DNA from: an uncultured Alphaproteobacteria bacterium
GTDB taxonomy: Bacteria; Pseudomonadota; Alphaproteobacteria; UBA11222
Direction of reading: 5' to 3'
Assembly (NCBI GenBank): GCA_937888955.1
Contig: CALAQW010000065.1
Span: forward strand, 12,902 to 76,901
DNA length: 64,000 nt
The translations under genes and the position numbers were made by a program. The notes under the pieces are model-generated. The model was not told the DNA's origin. It made no database searches and saw nothing but the letters and a program-made list of their open reading frames with translations. Each line of letters opens with the position of its first letter. The first letter of the stretch is position 1. Below, in pieces: positions 53,542 to 62,914 of the stretch.

Positions 53542-54243
53542 ATGGGGCAGGGCAAAGACAAAAACAGCGACCAGACACCGCATCACGCCGGCCATCGCGA
53601 GCGGCTGCGCGCACGTTTCATGGAAACGGGCGGGGACGGGCTTGCCGATTATGAATTGCTGGAGCTGCTGTTGTTCCGGGCGATCCCGCGACGCGATGTC
53701 AAACCGCTGGCAAAGCAGCTGATCAGCCGGTTTGGCAGCTTTGCCGATGTAATCAGCGCCGACCCGAACAGCCTGCGCCAGATGGTGAATAGCGAGAATG
53801 TCGTGCGCGAACTCAAAATCGTGCAGGCAGCGGCGTTACGGCTCAGCAAGGCTGCGGTTATCGGCAGGCCGGTCCTGTCAAGCTGGTCCGCGATGATCGA
53901 TTACTGTCACGCGGCGATGGCGTTCGAAAAGCGCGAGCAGTTCCGCATCCTGTTTCTTGATCGCAAAAACGTGCTGATCGCCGATGAGGTGCAGCAGCAG
54001 GGCACGATCGACCATGCGCCCGTCTACCCGCGCGAGGTGATCCGCCGGGGGATGGAACTGTCGGCGTCAGCACTGATTCTTGTGCATAATCACCCAAGCG
54101 GCGACCCGACCCCCTCGCGTCAGGATATAGAAATGACAAAGCAGATTGCCGCCGCCGGCCTGCCGCTTGGCATCACGCTGCACGATCATGTCATTATCGG
54201 CCGCGGCAACAGCGCAAGCTTCCGTCAGCTCGGGTTGCTGTAG
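53542..54243 (+). CDS. radC: RadC-family (JAB/MPN domain) protein
   Basis: N-terminal [13 protein letters not shown]...ELLELLL and the JAB motif [18 protein letters not shown]. Confidence 0.9.
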   Translation: MGQGKDKNSDQTPHHAGHRERLRARFMETGGDGLADYELLELLLFRAIPRRDVKPLAKQLISRFGSFADVISADPNSLRQMVNSENVVRELKIVQAAALRLSKAAVIGRPVLSSWSAMIDYCHAAMAFEKREQFRILFLDRKNVLIADEVQQQGTIDHAPVYPREVIRRGMELSASALILVHNHPSGDPTPSRQDIEMTKQIAAAGLPLGITLHDHVIIGRGNSASFRQLGLL

Positions 54244-54388
54244 GCGACAATCGACCCTGCGTTATCACCGTGCGTTATCTTTGACAAACAACGCGCTTTC
54301 GCCTTAGTTAAATGCCGTCCCGCACGGCGCATTTCAGCTCGTGCGGACAAACCTTTCCAGCGCCACCCGAACAAGCCAGGCAGCATCA

Positions 54389-55684
54389 ATGATCCCACGC
54401 TATTCCCGCCCCGAAATGACCGCAATCTGGTCACCGGAAGCCAAATTCCGCATCTGGTTCGAGATTGAGGCGCATGCCTGCGACGCTCTGGCGGAACTGG
54501 GCGTCATTCCGAAGGAAGCGGCCAAAGCCGTGTGGGAGCGGGGCGATTTCGAGGTTGCGCGGATCGATGAAATCGAACGCGAGACCAAGCATGATGTCAT
54601 CGCCTTTCTGACCAATCTTGCCGAATATGTCGGGCCCGAGGCGCGGTTCGTGCATCAGGGGATGACTTCGTCTGACGTGCTCGACACCTGCCTTGCGGTA
54701 CAGCTTGCGCGCGCCAGCGATATCCTGCTTGATGATCTTGATCAGATTCTCGCGGTGCTCAAGCGGCGCGCCTATGAACATAAAGACGATGTCTGCGTCG
54801 GGCGCAGCCATGGCATCCATGCCGAGCCGACCACATTCGGCCTGAAACTTGCCCAGGCCTATGCCGAAATGGCGCGCAACCGCGACCGGCTGGCGACGGC
54901 ACGGGCGGAAATCGCAACCTGCGCCATTTCAGGCGCGGTGGGCACCTTCGCCAATATCCCGCCCGAGGTTGAAGCGCATGTTGCCCAGGCGATGGGACTG
55001 ACGGTCGAGCCGATCTCCACCCAGGTCATCCCGCGCGACCGGCATGCCGCCTTTTTTGCAACCCTTGCGGTAATTGCAAGCTCGGTCGAACGGATCGCGG
55101 TGGAAGTCCGCCACCTGCAGCGGACCGAAGTTCTGGAAGCGGAGGAATTTTTCTCCGAAGGGCAAAAAGGGTCATCCGCAATGCCCCACAAGCGCAACCC
55201 GATCCTGTCGGAAAACCTGACCGGGCTTGCGCGCATGGTCCGTGCCTATGCACTGCCGGCGATGGAAAATGTCGCACTCTGGCACGAGCGCGACATCTCC
55301 CATTCAAGCGTCGAACGGATGATCGGACCGGATGCGACCGTCACGCTTGACTTTGCGCTGATGCGGCTCAAGGGGTTGATCGACAATCTTGTCGTCTATC
55401 CCGAAAATATGCGCGCCAATCTCGACCGGCTCGGCGGGCTTATCCACTCGCAACGGGTGCTCTTGGCACTGACCCAGGCGGGCGTCAGCCGCGAAGATGC
55501 CTACCGGCTGGTGCAGCGCAATGCCATGAAGGTGTGGCGCGAACAGGCCGACTTCCTGACGCTGCTGCGCGCGGATAGCGAAGTCAGCGCCGCGCTCGGC
55601 GCTGAGGAGCTGGCCGAATTGTTCGATCTCGGTTACCACACCAAACATGTGAACACGCTGTTTCAACGCATTTTCGGTGAGTGA
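54389..55684 (+). CDS. purB: adenylosuccinate lyase
   Basis: The ATG at 54389 gives MIPRYSRPEMTAIWS.... Fumarate-lyase signature GSSAMPHKRNP. Confidence 0.95.
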   Translation: MIPRYSRPEMTAIWSPEAKFRIWFEIEAHACDALAELGVIPKEAAKAVWERGDFEVARIDEIERETKHDVIAFLTNLAEYVGPEARFVHQGMTSSDVLDTCLAVQLARASDILLDDLDQILAVLKRRAYEHKDDVCVGRSHGIHAEPTTFGLKLAQAYAEMARNRDRLATARAEIATCAISGAVGTFANIPPEVEAHVAQAMGLTVEPISTQVIPRDRHAAFFATLAVIASSVERIAVEVRHLQRTEVLEAEEFFSEGQKGSSAMPHKRNPILSENLTGLARMVRAYALPAMENVALWHERDISHSSVERMIGPDATVTLDFALMRLKGLIDNLVVYPENMRANLDRLGGLIHSQRVLLALTQAGVSREDAYRLVQRNAMKVWREQADFLTLLRADSEVSAALGAEELAELFDLGYHTKHVNTLFQRIFGE

Positions 55685-56844
55685 TGGACGCTTCTTTCCT
55701 CGACATCCCGCTCGACCGGCTGCGCGACAAGCGCGGCATGAAATGGTCGCGTTATGGCGACGATGTCATCGGCGCATGGGTGGCGGATATGGATTTTCCC
55801 GTCGCCCCCGCCATACAAGAAGCAATTGATGACATTCAGGCCGGTAACGAGTTCGGCTACCCCGCCGATGATGCCGGCGCTACGGTTCGCGAAGCTTTTG
55901 CCGACTGGATGAAGCGCGAACATCGCTGGCGCATCGACCCCGACGATACGCTGCTGCTTGGCGATGTATTGCAGGCCATGCATGCGGCAATCCTGCGTTT
56001 CAGCGAGCCGGGCGACGGGCTTGTCGTGCAAACGCCGATCTATCCGCCGTTCCTCGGCGCGGTAAAGGCGAATAACCGCCGGCTCGATGAAAACCCGCTG
56101 CTGCGCGACACCAATGGCTACGGCATCGATTTTGACCGGCTGCGCGCGGTTATCGACAAACGCACGAAAATGCTGCTGCTATGCAATCCGCATAATCCGA
56201 CCGGTCGCGCCTTCAGCCGCAAGGAACTCAAGAAACTGGCCGAGATTGCGTTGGAACATGATCTTATCGTGGTGTCGGACGAGATCCATATGGACCTTGT
56301 CTATCCCGATCTCAAACATATTCCCTTTGCAAGCCTCGGGCCCGAGATTGCGGCGCGCACCATCACCTTGAGTTCAGCCAGCAAGAGCTTCAACATCGCC
56401 GGGCTGCGCTGCGCGGTGGCGCACTTCGGTGCACCCGAATTGCGCCGCGCGTTTTCCAAAATCAATTTACGCCTGTTCGGCACCCCCTCTATCGTGGGAA
56501 TGGTCGCGACACAGGCGGCCTGGCGGGACGGCAAGCAATGGTTGTCGCTCGTACGCGAACAACTTGACGAAAACCGGCAGCGGGTGGAGATTTTTCTGTC
56601 TGCCAATCTGCCCGAAATCGGCTTCCATATGCCCGAGGCGACTTATCTTGCCTGGCTTGACTGCACCGCACTTGAGCTGGATGAGCGCCCGCAGGAATTC
56701 TTCCTCAAACAGGCGAAAGTCGGCCTCAATCCCGGTTCGGATTTCAGCCCGGCGAGCGACAAATTCGTCCGGCTGAATTTCGCCACCCCCCCTGCTGTGC
56801 TGAACGAGATATTGAACCGCATGTCTTACGCGGTGAAGCGTTAA
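55684..56844 (+). CDS. PLP-dependent aminotransferase class I/II, MalY/PatB-like (cystathionine beta-lyase type)
   Basis: Motifs CNPHNPTGR, VSDEIH and the PLP-lysine context SASKSFNIAG. The ATG overlaps the purB stop (TGATG). Confidence 0.85.
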   Translation: MDASFLDIPLDRLRDKRGMKWSRYGDDVIGAWVADMDFPVAPAIQEAIDDIQAGNEFGYPADDAGATVREAFADWMKREHRWRIDPDDTLLLGDVLQAMHAAILRFSEPGDGLVVQTPIYPPFLGAVKANNRRLDENPLLRDTNGYGIDFDRLRAVIDKRTKMLLLCNPHNPTGRAFSRKELKKLAEIALEHDLIVVSDEIHMDLVYPDLKHIPFASLGPEIAARTITLSSASKSFNIAGLRCAVAHFGAPELRRAFSKINLRLFGTPSIVGMVATQAAWRDGKQWLSLVREQLDENRQRVEIFLSANLPEIGFHMPEATYLAWLDCTALELDERPQEFFLKQAKVGLNPGSDFSPASDKFVRLNFATPPAVLNEILNRMSYAVKR

Positions 56845-57866
56845 CCCGCATTCACCGCAGGTTCAGCCACCCGGACCAGCCGCTTGCCGCGATTATCGCC
56901 GCCAAACAGCCCGACAAATGCCTCAGGCGCGCGCTCGAGCCCCTCAAGCATATCCACCGACAGCTTGATCTGGCCCGCAGCAAGCCAGCCTGCAAGCGTT
57001 TCGCGCGCGGCCTGTTTCATGTCGTAATAATCCATCACGACAAACCCCTCCATCCGCAACCGCTTGCCAACAAGCAGGGCGGGCACACCCCTGGTCGCGG
57101 TGACCGGCGCCGCCACATCATATTGCGAGGCATAGCCGCAACAGACCACACGGCCATGCTCATTCATCCGTGGCAGGACGGCTTCCAGAATTTCGCCGCC
57201 GACATTATCGAAATAAATATCGATCCCGTCGGGACAGATGGTCTTGAGCTGCGCGGACAGTTTCTCTCCCCTGCGGTTGATGGCCGCATCAAACCCGAGC
57301 GTTTCGGTCAGCCAGCGCCCTTTCTCTTCTGATCCCACAATACCCACGACACGCGCGCCAAGCTGCTTTGCCACCTGCCCCGCAATATGGCCGACGGCAC
57401 CGCCCGCAGCGGAAACCAGCACAGTCTTGCCCGGTGCCGGTTCCCCGACCTCACGCATGCCGAAATAACCGGTCAGTCCGCTGACCCCGTAAATGCTGAG
57501 ATGCTCCTCAAGCGTACCGAGCTTGTCGAATGTCGCGACCGCGCCGGGCTCCTGAAGGGAATAATCCTGCCAGCCGGTGTAGCATTCAACAATATCGCCC
57601 GGCGCAAATCCGGGCTCGAGCGAGGTGACAACTTCCGCCAGCGCCGACCCGGCCATCACATCGCCTACCCCGAGCAAGCCGGGATGTCCCGCATCCGAAA
57701 TACGCGCGCGCGTCGCCGGGTCCATCGACAACCGCAAGGTCCGAACGAGCAGTTGCCCCGCGCCCGGTTCGGGGACCGGCACTTCCCTGACCTCGAAATC
57801 GGAGACTTGCAACGCCCCCTGCGGGATCTTCGCGATAACCACCTGCCTGTTTCGTTCCGCGCTCAT
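56841..57866 (-). CDS. NADP-dependent medium-chain oxidoreductase (alkenal/one reductase, YncB/CurA-like)
   Basis: Nucleotide-binding motif VSAAGGAVGHIAGQVAK and C-terminal GKRLVRV. The 3' end overlaps the convergent aminotransferase gene by 4 nt. Confidence 0.85.
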   Translation of the reverse strand: MSAERNRQVVIAKIPQGALQVSDFEVREVPVPEPGAGQLLVRTLRLSMDPATRARISDAGHPGLLGVGDVMAGSALAEVVTSLEPGFAPGDIVECYTGWQDYSLQEPGAVATFDKLGTLEEHLSIYGVSGLTGYFGMREVGEPAPGKTVLVSAAGGAVGHIAGQVAKQLGARVVGIVGSEEKGRWLTETLGFDAAINRRGEKLSAQLKTICPDGIDIYFDNVGGEILEAVLPRMNEHGRVVCCGYASQYDVAAPVTATRGVPALLVGKRLRMEGFVVMDYYDMKQAARETLAGWLAAGQIKLSVDMLEGLERAPEAFVGLFGGDNRGKRLVRVAEPAVNAG

Positions 57867-57967
57867 TTTCCTCTCCCTCTCCTGTCGATGTTGCGGTATG
57901 GGCGTCTTATACTTGCCTTATTCTGTCCCCACCTTATCCATCACGTCCATGAATAACGAGGTTTCAT

Positions 57968-58480
57968 ATGCTTTTCGACAGACGCGCTGTCATGGCTGCT
58001 ATCTTCCTGCTCGCAACAGCAGGCCCCGCAGCAGCCAAGCCGGTTGACGATATCGCCGATACTGTGTCGCCGTTACTGTCGGCCACGCAAAACACTGTCT
58101 TCACGACACAGGAAAAGCGGATTATCTGCGCGTTTTTTGATACGCCAGCGTGTCAGCGCATTCTTGGTGCGATTGAAAATGCGCCATCGGCGGATGGTGG
58201 AAACAAAGCAAAATCAGGGAAACACAAGGATGCATTGCTACCACCCGGACTTGCCAAACGCGACACACTGCCGCCCGGACTGGCGCAACAGTTGCAACGA
58301 AATGGCAAGCTGCCGCCCGGTCTTGAAAAACGCGGATTGCCCGATGAACTCACGCGGGCCTTGCCGGCGCGGCAAAGCGATCTGGAGCGGGTCATCGTGG
58401 GTAACGATGTCGTCCTGATCCGGCGCGGGACCGAGCTTATCCTCGATATTCTTGAAGATGTGGTGGGCGCTTCCCGGTAA
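57968..58480 (+). CDS. secreted protein with LPPGL repeats
   Basis: Signal peptide (AAIFLLATAGPAAA). Three LPPGL units, each followed by a basic or polar segment (LLPPGLAKR, TLPPGLAQQ, KLPPGLEKR). No family assigned with confidence. Confidence 0.55.
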   Translation: MLFDRRAVMAAIFLLATAGPAAAKPVDDIADTVSPLLSATQNTVFTTQEKRIICAFFDTPACQRILGAIENAPSADGGNKAKSGKHKDALLPPGLAKRDTLPPGLAQQLQRNGKLPPGLEKRGLPDELTRALPARQSDLERVIVGNDVVLIRRGTELILDILEDVVGASR

Positions 58481-58491
58481 GCGCGCAGCCC

Positions 58492-60468
58492 CTAAAACCC
58501 GAACATATGATCGAGACAAAAACCCTGTTCGCCCTGTTGCAGCCCGTGGAATCCGAACAGGCGGCATGTCGTGTCGCGTATGATGACATAGGCGTCAGCA
58601 CCCGCTGCCGCCCGTTGCCGCTGACTGAACAGCTCGCTGAACCGCCAGAAACGGCTGCCGCCGCAGGCGATCTGCAAATGCTGCTCGGCAACCACCTTGC
58701 CATTGCCGTCATGCAGGATAAGTCGTGTGTCCGATTCCGGATGCCAGGGCATGGAAGCGGGATAAATAAGATGGCATAGCCCGTCTGTTCCGGGCCCGAA
58801 ATTCTGTCCCACCCGCAGGAACAGCCGGGTCGTCAGGCCAGGTGGCGAACCGGTATAGGATTGCGGCTCATCCTTGTAGATGATCGGCGTATTGTAGATA
58901 TGCGCACCAAAGATCGTTTCGGCCATATGGCCGCTTGCGCGCTGGGTATACTGGCCAAGCGCGTGCAGCCAGCCATCCGCTTCCCCGCCATCGCGAAAAT
59001 CATAGACAAGTTCGACATGCCCGGCACCCGATGGCAAGGCCGCGCCGGCCTCCGCCAGCCAATCGTCAAGGGCAAGCGGTATGCTGTCGCGCCGCTGCAA
59101 CCGGCCCATAAAATGGCGCGCGATACATTCCCCGTTCATATCGTAAAGGTCGGCCCGCACCGGCAGTTCCATTTGCCCCGTCGCCATCGGCGTCGGCAAA
59201 ATGGTCGAGCTGAATTCGTCAACCGGCAGCACCGGCAAGGGCATGATATAGCCCTTGCCCATCACCTCGGACAGCGCGGCTATCTCCGGGTTCGGTTGCA
59301 GATCGGTGCGTTCCACATTGGCGTGCGCGATGCGGCGGCGACCGTCCTTGCGCACGATCTCATAACGCGGCCGCACGAAATAGCGCCCGGCATGAATCTC
59401 GATCTGATCGGGCCATTTCGCATCCGGCAGCAAATCAGCAATATCAAGCGAATAGGTCGCAAAGGGCGCAATGTCGCGCTCAAGTAAACTCACCTGCTGC
59501 CCGCCCATGATGCCCAGTCCCACAGACCCTGACGGGATCGGGACCGGATGACTGTTCTGGATATGCAGGATCAACCGCTCATCGGCGGCAGGCGCGGGCA
59601 TGCCCGCGAAATAATCCGCCGGCCAGGCATTGGCGTCATGGGTGCCGGAAAGGGCGCCCCCGGCATCGCCATAAATATCGAGCGCATATTTGACAATATC
59701 GTGTCCCGCCACCCGCAGCGCATGGATGAATAGCGACCCGCAAAAATCGCCAAGTCCGAAACGCGCGCGCACTTGCTGGCTATCGATGGTAATCAACCCG
59801 CCGGCCACGGGCAAAGCCTGCCGCCATTCGGCAAGCACCGCACCATCCGCATCGAACAGACAAAGCCACAGCTCGGGATCCTCGGCCCCATGCATCGACC
59901 AGTAATTTGCTGTCGTGATCCGGGTGTGCAAACCTGCCGTATCGCCGTTTGGCGCCACATCACGCAGCAGGGCAAAATTCGTCGCGAAATTAAGCGGATC
60001 GATATAATCATCCGCATTCGTCAGCATGTCCTCATCAAGCCGCATCCCGTCGAGGGAAAACACCTGCATCCCGTCGGGCAGCAGGGGGCGCAACTGCGTC
60101 ATCAGTCGCGCACTATCGAAGGTGAGGACAAGCAAACTCTTCGCATGCGAATTTTTCAGTTCACTGACAAGTTTTGCCCGATGGCCGAGCAGTTCGCGCC
60201 CGCGATCCTCGACCCGCTGCACGAACAGCTCCGCGATCTCGCATTTGTCGGAAAGCTGAAACAGCGCGTCAAACGCCTCAGCGGTATCCCGTGGATCGTA
60301 AACGGCCACCGGCCCCGCCGCCGCGCAATCGGCGACAAGCCGGGCACCACGGCGCGCCGCCAGCGGGTGGCCAAGCGCCTTGAACAAGGCATGCCCGCCA
60401 GCATTGTTTCCCGGACGCCAGCCGCGCCGAAGATCGCTGTTTGAAAATGTCTCGATACGAAGCGCCAT
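58492..60468 (-). CDS. uncharacterised 658-aa cytoplasmic protein with internal repeats
   Basis: Long ORF with no signal peptide or TM segment. The start lies 8 nt after the stop of the dioxygenase gene. The motif L-[FYH]-D-x-[DN]-G-x-x-[LIV]-A recurs at aa 204, 441 and 585. No known family recognised. Confidence 0.7.
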   Translation of the reverse strand: MALRIETFSNSDLRRGWRPGNNAGGHALFKALGHPLAARRGARLVADCAAAGPVAVYDPRDTAEAFDALFQLSDKCEIAELFVQRVEDRGRELLGHRAKLVSELKNSHAKSLLVLTFDSARLMTQLRPLLPDGMQVFSLDGMRLDEDMLTNADDYIDPLNFATNFALLRDVAPNGDTAGLHTRITTANYWSMHGAEDPELWLCLFDADGAVLAEWRQALPVAGGLITIDSQQVRARFGLGDFCGSLFIHALRVAGHDIVKYALDIYGDAGGALSGTHDANAWPADYFAGMPAPAADERLILHIQNSHPVPIPSGSVGLGIMGGQQVSLLERDIAPFATYSLDIADLLPDAKWPDQIEIHAGRYFVRPRYEIVRKDGRRRIAHANVERTDLQPNPEIAALSEVMGKGYIMPLPVLPVDEFSSTILPTPMATGQMELPVRADLYDMNGECIARHFMGRLQRRDSIPLALDDWLAEAGAALPSGAGHVELVYDFRDGGEADGWLHALGQYTQRASGHMAETIFGAHIYNTPIIYKDEPQSYTGSPPGLTTRLFLRVGQNFGPGTDGLCHLIYPASMPWHPESDTRLILHDGNGKVVAEQHLQIACGGSRFWRFSELFSQRQRAAAGADAYVIIRDTTCRLFGFHGLQQGEQGFCLDHMFGF

Positions 60469-60476
60469 GCCACCTC

Positions 60477-61115
60477 TTAAGAAAACGGATTGAGCCGTTT
60501 CGCCATTGCCGACACACGGTGCCGTCTTTGTTCGCGCCGGACGACCCCGTCGCTTATAACCCAGTTCATCTGGATCGCGCGGCGCTGCCCCTCGAACGGT
60601 TCATGGCCATGCCAACTGTGGTCACAGCGACGGAAGGCAAGCAGGGTGCCTCCATGGGGCGGCACCTCGGCCACGTAATCCTCAAGATTATCGGCACTGC
60701 GCAACAACCGTAACCGGCCGCTCGAATCCTGCCATTCATCATTCAGATATAACAGCACAGTGATAATCTTGCTGTCGGTGTCGGGATGGATTTTGCCATC
60801 GCCCAGCCGACAATAGCCGCGCACCGTGAACATGGTTGGATAGGAAGACAGATCGATTGCGAATTTTTCCGCCATGGCAGCGGCGAATTCCGGCCCGTCA
60901 AGCGCGGCAAGCAGGTCGGCAAATGCCCCGCCAACTGTCAATTCCGATGGCGGATAGGAACCCGCGCCCGGCACCTGCGGATAGTCGCGATTGACAGCTG
61001 CAAGCGCCGCACCGCTTACGAAATTCGGCACGACGATATAATCGAACGGATCGGTATTGAGCGGGCTTTGCCGCAATGCCTGCAAATCCAAAAGCTCTGT
61101 AGTGGTATCAACCAT
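60477..61115 (-). CDS. 2OG-Fe(II) dioxygenase (prolyl-4-hydroxylase-like fold)
   Basis: Facial triad candidates H-P-D (KIHPDTDSK) and a distal His (CDHSWHGHEPF), with a basic residue downstream (RRAIQMNW). The ATG at 61115 overlaps the upstream gene by 8 nt. Confidence 0.75.
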   Translation of the reverse strand: MVDTTTELLDLQALRQSPLNTDPFDYIVVPNFVSGAALAAVNRDYPQVPGAGSYPPSELTVGGAFADLLAALDGPEFAAAMAEKFAIDLSSYPTMFTVRGYCRLGDGKIHPDTDSKIITVLLYLNDEWQDSSGRLRLLRSADNLEDYVAEVPPHGGTLLAFRRCDHSWHGHEPFEGQRRAIQMNWVISDGVVRREQRRHRVSAMAKRLNPFS

Positions 61116-62148
61116 CGATCGCCTGTCCTTTGCCGCGGGCCGCAAGCAGTCGCTGCACCGCTGCCGCAACCATTCCGGTATCATCAATATCGGGCAGGGT
61201 CCATGATTCAAGCTGCCGCACCTTTCCGGGCACGAATTTACGGACCGCTTGGCAGGCCAGCATGGCTGCATGGAACCTGTCGAACTTCGCCGACCCGCCA
61301 GGCAAGTCATAAACATAGACCGGCTTAGCCGCAGCGCAGGCCTCTGTCACCATATTCACCGAGTCGCCGGTCACGATGATGGCGTCAGCCAGCCCCAGAT
61401 AGCCGAAATAAGGATTTTCCCCCTCCCCCTGCCCGTCCCACAGATGATGAGGCACCGCAGCAAGTCCGCGCCGCAGGGCGGCGATATTCTCATCCCCCGT
61501 CCGGCGCGAGGCGGTGACGGCAAAGCCCGCGCCGCTTGTCGCCGCAAGTTCGCGCAGCCCCGCACAAAGCCGTTCGATGACCTCGGGCGTCATACGATAG
61601 GCGCTGTTGGGGCCACCGATCAGGACCGTCACCAGCGGGCGCGGCAAATCCGCAAGCTGTGCCGCAAAATCAACCGCCGCCGCATCAAGCCTGGCCCGCG
61701 TCACCCGATGCAGTGACCCGCGTGTCGTCAACACATTGGGGCCGGTCAGTTGATCGTGAGCGGGCACCACCACAAGATCGAAGGCGGAAACCGGAAAACG
61801 CGGGTTCTGAATCTGCACGGTAAGGGTCGGGGGAGTGCGCAGCCGTACGCTTTGCCGCCGGATCGCAACACTCACCCCCACTGTGCGACGCCCCGTCGCA
61901 ATCAGCAGATCGGGCCAGGGCGGGACAAGTCCTGCCGCCTGCCTGTCGCCAATACCCGCAAGCGGGGCCGCAAAACGCCGCGCCCCAATCGCGGGCGGCA
62001 GCCAGCCCCATGGCGCACGCAGGGCAATCCGCTTGATATCAGGCACAAGCCCAAGTCGCTCGGCAAGGCCAAGGCATTGATTTTCCATACCCGCGGCGCC
62101 ATCGCTCAAGATCCAGCAAGTGGGCGAAATTCTGGAATCAGACATCAA
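61108..62148 (-). CDS. ELM1/GtrOC1-family (DUF1022) putative GT-B glycosyltransferase
   Basis: N-terminus CWILSDGAAGMENQCLGLAERLGL is typical of the bacterial ELM1-like family. GT-B-like C-terminal half (IVTGDSVNMVTEA). Confidence 0.7.
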   Translation of the reverse strand: MMSDSRISPTCWILSDGAAGMENQCLGLAERLGLVPDIKRIALRAPWGWLPPAIGARRFAAPLAGIGDRQAAGLVPPWPDLLIATGRRTVGVSVAIRRQSVRLRTPPTLTVQIQNPRFPVSAFDLVVVPAHDQLTGPNVLTTRGSLHRVTRARLDAAAVDFAAQLADLPRPLVTVLIGGPNSAYRMTPEVIERLCAGLRELAATSGAGFAVTASRRTGDENIAALRRGLAAVPHHLWDGQGEGENPYFGYLGLADAIIVTGDSVNMVTEACAAAKPVYVYDLPGGSAKFDRFHAAMLACQAVRKFVPGKVRQLESWTLPDIDDTGMVAAAVQRLLAARGKGQAIDG

Positions 62149-62377
62149 ACAGGCTTACCAAAGCGCATCGATCGGGTTATATACTTGCGCAATCATGTAA
62201 TTTTATTACTTGCCAGCGGCAATTCAACCGCCGGAACCTAGCATGATGTCAGGACCGACCCATCCTGCCAACATAATGAGAAACAAGGCGTATCGACCGA
62301 ATAAACCCGTTCCGCCGCTATTCATAACACGCATCCCGACAGGGCGCTAATCGATCAGGAAGATACGGAATCAGGAC

Positions 62378-62890
62378 ATGCAACGGGTAAAACTCGACGA
62401 AATCGACCAGCTTATCCTCCGCGAATTACTGGCCGACGGCCGGATGACGAATGTGGAGCTCGCGCGCCGGGTCGGCATTTCCGCGCCCCCCTGTCTGCGG
62501 CGGGTGCGGGCGCTGGAAGAAGCTGGCTTCATCACCGGTTATCATGCGGAAGTGAACACAAAACTGCTTGGCTATCAGGTGACGGTCTTTGCCATGGTGT
62601 CGCTGCGCAGTCAGGCCGAATCGGATCTCATCAATTTCGAACGGCGGGTCGCGCAATGGCCGATCGTGCGCGAATGCCACATGCTGAACGGGGAAATCGA
62701 TTTCATCCTGAAATGCGTGGCACGCGACCTGTCGGAATTTCAGTCTTTCCTGACCGAACATCTGACCGCAGCGCCAAATGTTGCAAGCGTCAAGACATCG
62801 CTCACTATTCGCACCTCCAAATCGCGCCCCGGTGTGGAAATTGCGGTGGATGATGACGGCAACGAGGATATATCACCCGCAACCGCCTGA
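62378..62890 (+). CDS. Lrp/AsnC-family transcriptional regulator
   Basis: HTH region LDEIDQLILRELLADGRMTNVELARRVGISAPPCLRRVRALEEAGFI followed by an RAM/ASNC domain. Confidence 0.9.
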   Translation: MQRVKLDEIDQLILRELLADGRMTNVELARRVGISAPPCLRRVRALEEAGFITGYHAEVNTKLLGYQVTVFAMVSLRSQAESDLINFERRVAQWPIVRECHMLNGEIDFILKCVARDLSEFQSFLTEHLTAAPNVASVKTSLTIRTSKSRPGVEIAVDDDGNEDISPATA

Positions 62891-62914
62891 TCGATTACCC
62901 TGTCCTTGCCCCAT

